A DNA stretch of 64,000 nt, taken from positions 131,817 through 195,816 of the forward strand of contig DF237006.1 in the NCBI GenBank assembly GCA_000708835.1, written 5' to 3'. The stretch comes from Klebsormidium nitens. Its lineage: Eukaryota; Plantae; Klebsormidiophyceae. Made by a program: the position numbers and the translations under genes. Positions 38,201 through 53,892 of the stretch are shown here, piece by piece. The number at the start of each line of letters is the position of its first letter. Within the stretch, counting starts at the first letter, position 1. Below the pieces are notes generated by a model, which did no database searches, was not told where the DNA came from, and saw nothing but the letters and a program-made list of their open reading frames with translations.

Positions 38201-40367
38201 AAAGACGAGATCCACCACTGCCCGCACGATGTCGCCCTCATCGGCCCCATCCCCTGTCAGCGGGACGTCAGCAAAACCGAGCCCTGACCAGGTCTCAATG
38301 TCTGGGAGCTCGACCGGGGAGCTCTCGACCGGGGGGCTGGATCCGAGCGGGACCGACTCGAAACAGCTCGGTTCCGCCGCCCTGGGGGAAGGAATGGGCT
38401 CGCAGGCAAACACGGGGTCGGAAAACAACGAGAATGGGGAGGAGGCACCCGCGGGGGGAACAAAAGCATCAGAGCTAAATAGCCCCCCTCCAATCTCTCC
38501 CAACTCTGAGCTCCTGCCGTGCGGCTCTCCGTCCCTGGTGATATCTCCCCCCTCCAAACCTGCCTCCCCATCATCCAATCCCAAGCCCAGCACCGCTCTC
38601 TCGATCTCACTCTCATCCCCCTCCTCCGCTGTCAGAGGCACATCCACGAACCCCAAGTCTGCCAACGTCTCGGGCAGGGGGTCCTCGATCAGAGGAGTCT
38701 CGATCTGCGGGGCGGTGCGGAAGGGATCGACAGTGCTCGGGACGGCAGCTCTGGGGGTTGGGATGGGCTGGGCAGGGAAGGCGGGGTCGGAGAATAGCGA
38801 GAAGGGGGACGAGGTGGCCGTCGGGGGGGTGAAGGCATCACTGCTAAACAAACCCCCCTCTGCAATGTCCAAGCCCCAGTCATAGCCGCGCTGCTCTCTC
38901 TGAGGGGGGGGGCTGACGTGCGCTGAGGCGGCGGAGGCTGCGGCGGTGGGATAGTCGGCCACCTCAGAAAGGGGCGCTGCAGATGGTGCCGGGAAAGAGG
39001 AAGGATAGGACTCAGACCTCGGTTTTACAGAGCAACTATATATTGTGAGAACAAGAATTGTCGTGTGGGATTCAGGGGTGGAACCCGTACAGGACTTTGT
39101 TCAGGCACTGCGATACAACTGAGAACTTGAGCATGGAAAACATGAGCCAGAACCTCATTAAATACTCTAGAAACAGGATGATGCCCCAAAAAGCTGACCC
39201 GACACTAGGGAGAACTTCAGGAGACTCCACGTTATGCAGTTTGCTTTGCATTCTTTTTCTGATCGACTCTTCTTCCACAAAGGAGGATTCCTGACCTCTG
39301 AACAAAGTTCATAGATGCATTGAATTCACCCAAATTCAGCCGGTACTAGTAACTAGCAAGTGCAAGATCCCCAGTGCTCAAGAATTCTGACTTTCAACAC
39401 TGTCCAGTATACTTTCTAGAGATGCCAAGATTTTTTCAAATGTCACCTCAGACTTGCGAACTTTGAAAAGCAAAGAGCACAGACTAATCAGCGATTGAAG
39501 ACTCGGGTTTGAGTCCTAGAATCTGTTTGATCTTGGACATTGCAACAGACATGAGATGCCCAGAACTGTCTGCAAAGTGCCTCAACATGATTTTGTTCAA
39601 CTTGATTCTGGAAAAAAGGTCGACTTCCCGCGTATAAGTACTGACTGCTCCCACAAAGGATGAGCAAAACCTCTTGCACAATACCGTCATCATCCATGAA
39701 CTCCCAACCACAAAGAATCTTTGCATAGACCAGCTCAAAAGAAATAGTATCAAATCTGCCAGAAGAAACAGCTCAGAAGTACCCAAATGCTCAGACGCTT
39801 GATTAAACACTCGTCAGGCACCTTTGCAAGCCAATTATAGCAAACAGCACTGCAGGATGTGCGTTTTCTTACCTGCGGGCAGGCAGCCTCTGCACGGTCA
39901 GCCCCGGGAGTCCCAGCTGACTCCTCCTCCCGGGAGCTCTGGACCATGTTCCCCTCCCGCTGCTCCTCCCACGGGAGTCCCTCCTCCCCAGCAACTCCCT
40001 CCTCCATCCCCACCTCCTCCCCTCCCTCAACGTCCGTGTCCTCCCCCTCAGACACTCCCACCTCCTCCGTCTCCCCCTCCTCCATCATCTCAACTCCCTC
40101 CTCCCCCTCTCAGATCTCATCCCCCTCCTCCACCTCTCTCACAACCCCCTCCCCCTGACCCTGCGCCTCCTTTTCCCCCAGGAGCGCATCCAGGGCCCCA
40201 GACAACTGCCCCCGCCCCGCCTCAAGCAGCAACTCCTCTGCTGGGGCCTTCCCCCACCCGCTGCAGATGGGGGTCAGAAAGCCATACACGCCCCCACGAA
40301 TGGTATAGCTGTAGAGCTCAAGGGCGGAGACTATCAAGCGCCCTGCGCGGTCAAAGGCTGACGCCAT
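35298..40367 (-). CDS. Ser/Thr protein kinase with long acidic, internally repeated N-terminus; in-frame TGA at 40110-40112 in exon 1
   Basis: Exons 40367-39873, 38962-38006, 37796-37719, 37386-37279, 36967-36735, 36365-36266, 35995-35855, 35519-35298. Motifs GGQGVVF, AIK, HR|DVKPEN, LADLGLA, GTPRYVAPE, SDVYAVG and QRPT. Confidence 0.85.
36668..36729. repeat. (CGGAA)n pentanucleotide microsatellite in a kinase intron
   Basis: acggaacgaaatggagcggagcggaacggaacggaacggaacggaacgtatggaacggaatc, immediately next to the donor of the exon ending at 36735. Confidence 0.9.
38200..38880 (-). repeat. Coding tandem duplication, 369-bp (123-aa) period, in kinase exon 2
   Basis: GGLFSSDAF..P...SSPFSLFSDP.F...PIP.PRAA.PS...LGF.DVPLT...G.E..I.RAV occurs twice; gcatca anchors at 38466 and 38835. 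Confidence 0.9.
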
Positions 40368-40480
40368 GGCGCGCAAAGCACAACGCACAAGCTAACCACT
40401 ACTGGGTGTAACCACGCAATGCACAACGCTCGATCGCACAAAGGCTGCGAAACGCTGGGCGCAAACACGCAAAAGCTCGC

Positions 40481-40720
40481 AAGTCATCTCCAGAGGGTAT
40501 CTGGAAATGAGGACAGTGCAGCAGAGAATGCAGTCCACCCCCATTGCAGCTTAGCCTAGTCAGCCTATAAATTTGCTGTTGATCAGCTTATTTCACAAGC
40601 TTGACGTGTTTGTTCAACTTTTGAGGGAGCGCCCTGCCATGTAGCACTGGAGCCGTCGATGATTGAGAAAGTTGTTCATCGCGCCGTCAATTTGGAGAAC
40701 TTGAAAAGCCAAGCCAGTTG
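40481..40720 (+). repeat. Degenerate direct repeat, copy 1 (partner about 45361-45600)
   Basis: 40481-40510 matches 45361-45390 at 26/30, and 40608-40637 is identical to 45486-45515 (30/30). Offsets are 4880 and 4878. Confidence 0.8.
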
Positions 40721-42080
40721 CCGATGCCGTCGATAAGCGACATTCTGCATTGGACGGCCAGTACTTGGCGAATGTCACAAGTGCAAAATCCATATAATAT
40801 GCGGAGGCTCTGCCACTGGACATTCGTTTTGCAGTCGGAACACATTTCTAGAGACTTTCACGTAAGTCTCTCCTTGCATTGCACAAAGGCAGCCCGCGCC
40901 CGCTGGATCAGATCGCTCTTTTGCTTGATATCAGCGACATACTTGAAGCATCCGCTGGCTTTGCAGCTTGCTTCTGGTGGCGTCTGCAGCTATAATTAGG
41001 AGAAAAAGGGAGATCCTGCAAATTGGTAGCATGATCATGATGCAAACCGTGGGGAGAGCAGCACAAAAGAGCTCTCAACCAGCAATGTGGGAGGGTGCAG
41101 GAGTCTGTTTCATACGTGCATAAGCTGCCCGGTGGGAATTTTGAACTCAACATTGGATTGAGTATGCCGGCTCGCAAGCCAAGTTGATACTTGTTAGCTG
41201 CTCTTTTGATGGTCAATGCAATGCTGGCTCTGCTCTCATCAAGTACTCAGTGGTTACTGGCATCCGTACTTCTACGACACTTGAGCTGGATCCTACTAAA
41301 TTCGTCAGGACCTCTTTATCTTCCTTGCAGGTGCAAAGAACCAGGTCTTGGGCGCACTTGGCTGGAGTCTCCTGAGCAGACTAGCTGGAGAGAGAGCTTT
41401 GAGGTCAGTACTATATCTGAGCATTGAAATCGTTTGGGTCTTTTCTTCAAGGTGTCAAGGGAAACCATGTTGCAAGGCTTTCGATTCAAATCTTGGAGCT
41501 TTGAGAATTTTGCTACGTAAGCTGTTAATCCTGAAGGCAGCGTTATTGACCAAAGGGTTGCGGTTAAGGAGCCTTGGTGTTGAGTTGCAGCCTTTTCTGA
41601 GCTAAGAGTGCGCATGAGGACAGCTGCCTCGATGATGAGGGGCACCTTTGAGGTTCAGGTCGACGACAAACCTTTCCTGTCCCAGCAGTCGGAAGCACCA
41701 TTTCTACGGCTTCAAAACATGCAAGCAGCCGGAACCTAAGCTAGTGGAAAATCAGCGGTGCTTCTGTTGGTCGTTGGACAGTTTGAGACCTTTCCACAGC
41801 ATCTTCTCATGGACTCCTATTACTCTTTGCAGCAACCAGCAACACCCCCAAGACAGCAAATGCTTGACTAAGGTACAGTTTCGTTGTCCTTTGTCCTCTT
41901 TCCTGAACGTTGTGTCTATTACGTACTAGGAAGTACTCAATCCTCATGGTATTGTGAATTAGGATGACAAATATAGTGTTATCAAGAATCTGCAGCGTGT
42001 GCTGTCCTGCTTTACTGTGCTGCAACTTCGACTGCTTTTTGAGGGGCAGGTTGAGCTTCTCCATAGAGCTTCCTTCGCAG

Positions 42081-43668
42081 GACAACACCGTGCAAGTACA
42101 AGTTGGATCCGATAAGGTGAGGTACATCGCACGGTCAATCGCACACCAGGTCATCGGTGACCTCACACGTCGGTATGGGGCGGGCCGCCTGTTGACAGCG
42201 GACGGTGTCGGTATCCTTACCCCCCTCCTGGCCCTCGAGAAGGGGGAGTACACTTACGAGCCAGGTAAGTCAGGAGCATCTTGTGCAGCTTGGGTTTCAA
42301 GCAAGAAGCTCACAGACGGAGTCAGCAAAAGGAGAGCCAAGTTGTTTGACAGCCTTGGCCTCAACGTGAGCGGGAAAAGAAATGCATCCTGCTCAAGCGG
42401 CGCTCACATGCTCTGCGGAACTCTGCGGAGGATCGTCTCAGAAGCTTCCCTGGTCGTTGAGTCCTTGCATGACCCTTACTCAGGTTCGGGTCTTTCACTG
42501 TGGTGGCGCGAGTGTCTCTTTCACAACTTCAAAAGTGTTGCGTCGTCTTGAACCCTTCTGAATTCTCTACTCTCTCACATACTTCTCTGAAGCTGACGCG
42601 TCAGCTCAAAAGCGTTGCATTTGTGGCACTCCCGGGCAGCTGCTTATCAGGGTCTTAATCTTTAATGTTGGATTCCTGTACTTGTTTTGCATTTTCTAGG
42701 CACGTCAAAACCAATCTACAAGTCGACGAAAACGCTCGGGCCTTCTTCCTTTCGACCCAGGACCTTGATCTGCCAATTCATTGCCGGCCCTCTGTGAAGT
42801 GCAGCTTTTTGAGCCGTCCAACGGCAATCCACAGAGCAGTTTCAACGGCTCTGGACTGCTTAGCCTGATCTTTAGTCCGGAACAGAATTCATGTCCCATT
42901 AAAGTTCATGACACTCTTTGCTGACCTGGTCATACTACTTGCAGATCCTGCCATCGACTTCACCTTCAAGTGGACAGACTCCGATGACGAAGTGTTCGAG
43001 GAGGTGGTGCGCCTGAATGACCAGTCCGATCTCATACACGTGCTCAAAGTACCTATACGGGGCGGTCAGCTTCCGCCCTATTGGCTCAAAAGGGCCGTCC
43101 TCTATGAGGCTCGAAAACATTCAACCCGACAAGGTATATACCCTCGTGCAACCGGGGAGGCGGAGTGATGCACTGGAGGTGAGCCATGCTCTCGACGTTT
43201 TGTCGAAGGAGGTGGACAAGATGGGAGAGACTTTGTTGAGGGTAATTGGAAGCCAGGAGGGTCGACGCTTACCTGCTGCCGAGCATGCGGCGGTTCAAGG
43301 TGGTGAAGCATGAGCCGCATTACGGAGAGGAGGAGGCGAGCCAGGAATGGGGTGCGGCAGTGGTGATTAAGCGAGAGCAAGGAACGGAGCTCCTGCTCGC
43401 GGACCACAAGAGCCGGCTAAATGCGGCGGATATTCTGAAGATGGCCGTACGGCTCCAAAAGGCAGTTCAACGCTCGAGGGATCCCCGTGCGTGGAGGGCG
43501 TATACTTATCTGGCAGCATACGACCGCGTGAGAGCGGTTTGTACTACCAAATATATCGCTCCGTCCGAAAAGGAGGAGGTCAAGTGTGCAAGTGAGGTTT
43601 GCGACATTCCGGTCCTCGTTGAGAACGGTGCTGATCTGAGTACCTTCCTCAATCTCGAAGGCGATTGA
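42081..43668 (+). pseudogene. Frameshifted gene for a putative Crinkler/CR-like header plus PD-(D/E)xK nuclease-like protein
   Basis: Exon 42081-42264 (DNTVQVQVGSDKVRY...DLTRRYGAGRLLTADG...LEKGEYTYEP) splices in phase 1 to an exon starting at 42945. Removing one A at 43046-48 and one at 43244-45 gives one frame to TGA 43668, ending ...EWGAAVV...LLLADHKSRL...DILKMAVRL. 5' exons unresolved. Confidence 0.55.
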
Positions 43669-45120
43669 AATTGCTGAGCCGATGTGACTGCGCCTTCTTC
43701 GACTTAATTTGCCACTGTCGCAACGAGGCGATGCACTTGCACAGGGCTTCGGCGTGCACGGCCGCTCGCATGTATATGATTCAATGTCCCGTATATGCAT
43801 GTTGCGAATGCGTGCTGGCATGCGGAGTCTTTGCTTCTTGCACTTAAGATCGTATAGAAACATGGATTGGTCGGAACATCGATCACAGCTCTTCACTAAG
43901 CAATCATTAACGTGGAAACTTCATGCATTGCATGGTCGGATCATGCATTTACGGTTGAAAGAATCTTTGTGCTGAAGCACGCGCATGCAAGTGATCGGAT
44001 GCTATCAAAGATTCATGCCACTTCTGAAATCCTCCATTGCGGGGAGCATATCATATGTTTGCGCGCATCATAGTAACTTCTTGCACGCTAGCTTGGGACC
44101 GGGCGGCGCTTGCGAAGTTGCGAACTTCAGCCGCCTAGCTCGCGACCGCCAATTCTAAACATGTGCAAGCACTCGAGCGATGCGTCCGAAAAGCAGTTGC
44201 TGTCTATTGCGGTGCTTTCAAAGGCGGACACGTCGAGAAAGTAGTAATTAGTTCAAGATGATGTCCTCAGTCCTGCCGCTGTGATACTTCACTCTAGGCG
44301 GTTCAGGCAGTCCAGCAACTTAGTACCGGAACGCTAGTGATTATAGCCAGCCGCATCCTTCTGATCTGATTATAGTCCAGGGTTAAAGTACGCCCCTAGG
44401 GCGCCTGGGTTGCCTCCATTCTGCGGGAGTCTGGCATCTCGACAGCTCGAGAAAACTTCTTTGCAAAGCATCCAGACTATGCACTACTCAAAAGTTACCC
44501 CTCCGGACAACGATTGCCTACGGTAGCACCGCCGTTTATCTTCACACGCGAGCCTGACGGGGACAAGCCTAAAGAAGAACGTGGCACAGAGCCGGGCCCT
44601 GCCGATAATCACAGCCTGTCTGTCGATCGATTGACCTGATTTCGTTTTCTTCGTTGCTTGTTATTTTGCACGTTGACCTGCTTTTATTCCATGATGAAGA
44701 ACTTTTGAAGTCTTGCAGAAAGCCTGTTTCTCAAAGATCCAAAGCTGACTACTAGAAGAAGGGCAGAGATTGAGAGAACCACCGGAAGATTGAACGGAAA
44801 GAAAGGCACACTGATTCCTTGTCATTCTCCACCGCCTCCGACTGCCTCAAAAGAGTCCACGCCCACAGCGCCGTGATGACATGGCACCTCACAATCGCAG
44901 GCCCAGCAAAGTTAGGATCTCCGCAAGAAATGCTCGTCGGAAGACGTCAAGTTTTAAAATGCAAAGTCAAATACATAATGTCAGTGCTTCGACTAACTTA
45001 GTAGTCACCTTCAGACCTCTGAATGCAGCTCAGAGGTTTTGCGACTCCTTGGGGGCAATCGGCCCAGAGAATCTTCCAACGACTTGAGCAAGCTTTAAGT
45101 CCAGGAATTAAGGCGCAGAG

Positions 45121-45320
45121 CTTCCGGAAGCGGCGCTCTCAAACTGAATCTGGTTACGTATACCGCGTGCACCCTCGATCAATACGACGAGGCGGATGAC
45201 TGTATTCCTGAGCTCCTGCTTGTCATGGAGCGTCGGCTAACTGATCAGGAGAAGTTTCGGAGGAAGTACCAGGCGCTCGTGCACGAAGACTTTTGGAAGC
45301 GTACGCGTGCGCATGCGTAA
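45121..45320 (+). pseudogene. Truncated paralogous fragment of ORF 45965-46450
   Basis: Shares LVMERRLTDQEK (gtcatggagcgtcggct.actgatcaggagaag) and flanking similarity with 46030-46205; stops at TAA 45318-45320. Confidence 0.7.
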
Positions 45321-45360
45321 AGCTTTCTGGCAGCCTACTGCTACTGGTGGCTTGAAGCGT

Positions 45361-45600
45361 AAGTCACCTCTAGAGGCTTTCTGGAAATGAAATCCAATGA
45401 AAGTCCTTTATGAAAGAAGAAGATACAAGGCACAGTACTGCCTGAATAGGCTGCAACGTGCCTCGTCAGCTCCGGCATCGCCACGGTTTGTTCAACTTTT
45501 GAGGGAGCGCCCTGCAGTGTAGCCTGTAGGACTTCAGCCGTCGATGAGAACAGCGATTCCTATCGAACTTCCGTCGATTGAGGTACTCTAGATTTTATCA
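45361..45600 (+). repeat. Degenerate direct repeat, copy 2 (partner about 40481-40720)
   Basis: See copy 1. Confidence 0.8.
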
Positions 45601-45964
45601 AGTCATTGGCACCGTCGGATGTTGACGATACTCTCGGACGGTGACTGTTATCGATGCTAAGTGCGCGCCGCGCTTTATGATACCTCAATCTTGAACAAAC
45701 ACGTTTTGCGGTGAAACTTGAAGCTGACTAGGCTGCTGCAAATTAAACGTTCAGTGATTTCTGCCTGGCTTTCGGACCCAAAGATCTTCTCCTGTAGAAC
45801 TGCAAAACTTTGCGTGCTTGCGCCCTCGCAGCGTTTTGGCAACCTTCGTCATGCGCCCGAGCTGCGAACATAAGCTGTAAATCTTAGTAGCATAGCAAAG
45901 GTTCTTCAAGTCTGCAGCGCTCAAGCTCTGCGGCTGGGGCGCAGCTCTGGTCCGATCTTCCAGG

Positions 45965-46450
45965 ATGAAGGACGTCGCATCGAGTTTAAGACCAAGGTTC
46001 AAGGTCCAGGGACCGAGGGCGCGCCACAACTTTCAGAAGCGTTGCTCCCAAGTTCAATCTGGGTACCACGCACCGTACTCTGTACACTACGAGAGGGCTT
46101 ATGATACTCCTGAAAACGTGCTGGTCATGGAGCGTCGGCTGACTGATCAGGAGAAGCGTTTGAAGGAGTTTCGGGCGCTCGCGGACGAGGAGTTCCGGAT
46201 ACGTATAGCTTTCCAGAATGCTTATCGTGTCCTGCGGGCTGAGGCGGAGCTAGCTCTCAAAAACAGGGACGCGAAGAAGGAGCATGATCGAATAGAGGAA
46301 CTGTATCAGGCACACGGGAAGTACCAAACTCTGTGGAAAGATTGGCACGACATTCGTGAAAGACTAGAAGCTTCGCGGGCGTTGATCTACGACAGTCAGG
46401 GATCCTCTGTAAGCGGTGCTAAAGCGCCAGTGCATCTCAAGACCTGTTGA
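45965..46450 (+). CDS. Unknown small helical/coiled-coil protein (161 aa)
   Basis: Uninterrupted ORF with charged helical composition (RRLTDQEKRLKEFRALADEEFRIR...). A diverged sister copy at 45121-45320 keeps the same frame in its core. Confidence 0.5.
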   Translation: MKDVASSLRPRFKVQGPRARHNFQKRCSQVQSGYHAPYSVHYERAYDTPENVLVMERRLTDQEKRLKEFRALADEEFRIRIAFQNAYRVLRAEAELALKNRDAKKEHDRIEELYQAHGKYQTLWKDWHDIRERLEASRALIYDSQGSSVSGAKAPVHLKTC

Positions 46451-47397
46451 AGTCTGTTGATCCTGCGGAGATTGACGGAGGCTTGATAGCAAGGAGTGCT
46501 CCAACCCTCTTGAATTGGAGCTCGCTACACGGTACGGCAATCCTAGATACAGAAACTTCAGCATGCCAGTCCCTACTCCCTGAAGCAGAGCGCCACAACA
46601 TGGCTTGTGATTCTTCCATTGTTCATGTAATAGTTTTTGTCGTTTGAACTGACTAACGTATAGCACGTGGCCGAGACTCAGTAAATTAGCTACCAAGGCA
46701 TTCGGAACAATCCCTGTATTCCATGAAAGACTCTGCACCCCATGAGGTTGCGGCCGCAACGAGTTATTGAAGAGAACAACAATGATCCCACACTGAATGA
46801 TCGATGCATGCACATAACAGCGTCTTCATGATTGGGCTAGAGTACTGAATCGCACTCTTATCAACGAAAGAGCCGACTTGCCTCCGCAATGGGCAAGATC
46901 CGATCAACTTTGCGTCATGCGGTGGCCCGCTGCATGCCGCTGTCCACTGATCAAGGAACTCCTTCGGAACGCAACTTGTCGTGTTATACAGGAGGGGCTC
47001 GTTAAGCCCGCGAATGAGCTAGCATCGTAGGTAAGGAAAGAGAGCCGATATGCAAGTGCATATGTCGTACGTGGGAACCTCTTGACCATATGTCATGCCA
47101 TGGAGGCAAATGAAATGTGTGTGGTTGAACGATCAGTCGCATCGTTCAGCAGGGAGATAATGGCTTTGCCTGCAGCCGACCGTCTTTCTTGCACCAGAAG
47201 GACCACAAGCCAGCACGAAACGAAATGCGTTCACAATCGGAAGATACTAAGGTGTGCTGATCCACTCTCATTGATGCATGTAGTCCGGCATCCAAGAAAG
47301 TCGAGCGAAGGGTGGGCATGTAGGACGTGCGGAACTTCGATTGAAGCATTACTTCGAAGATCCACTTGAGTATCCCGCCTTTGATTGTGCTTCGCTC

Positions 47398-52998
<5,601 letters not shown>

Positions 52999-53892
52999 CT
53001 TTCCTATCCACTCAAAAGAATCTACAGATCAGAACCTCTGCTGCAATCCAACCAAGCTGACAGACACCTGAGCTGAGGTGATAGCCTTATCCAGTGCGCT
53101 GCCAGTGCAAGCCAGCTAGCAAATTGTTCTCCAGCTGCGCCTTCCGACACAAGACCAGATCTGCCGCACTGAGTCTGAAGTGCGCAGCATTAATAAGGTA
53201 GCCTGCAGGTGCAGCAACCATTGCCATCCTCGCACAGACCATTACCACATTATGGGCTTCGCAAACAACAGCCATATTCACCGGCGCGCGGCGGGAGTTG
53301 GGGAGCAAAAGCAGATGTCCTCGGCCCTGTGCACTGGGGGCCCATTTGTCTGAGAACGGAACCCAATGAACGCCCGGTAACATGCTAACCGGGCGCGGAG
53401 CTACTGCTCCCCGACACAGCGTATTAGCAAGTGAGCTCTATCGGACGGCTTAAAAACGCCCCTGGTAGGAACTAATCGAACTGTGATTGGCCAATGGACT
53501 GCATCGACGGCTGTCGATTAGGTGCTATTCTGTCGCATGCTGCTTTGGATGCATCAGGCGGCCACGACGCACGTCTTCTTCCCTGCGCTGACAGCAGCTG
53601 CAGTGGCAGTGACACTGACTTTCTTCGCTCTTCTGCGAGAAACTGAAAGTGAAGCTTGGAGTTCCCATGGTGCAGTGGTGCGTTCAATCCGTCGGTGCAA
53701 GTTCTTCCGTTCGTGCTTCTTCCCGCTTATGATAGAGGTCAGCCAGACGGCACCCGTACTGTGCGTTCAGCGCCTGTACGTGCTTGCTGCGCTTATAACA
53801 AGAAGACAATGCTGAAGGACTTGTAAGGAACACCATCAATCATCTATCTGGCGCTCCGCCAAGGAAGTGTTTCGTGCATTCTTGGAACCAAC

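Noticed and set aside
38115-38885. 256-aa Ser/Pro-rich plus-strand ORF (and similar ones at 39824-40411 and 48287-48760)
   Set aside because: Antisense shadows of GC-rich acidic exons of the kinase and RIO2.
44691-44748. ATGATGA ... CTGA pair resembling a C/D box snoRNA
   Set aside because: No terminal stem and no rRNA/snRNA guide complementarity that I can identify; expected by chance.
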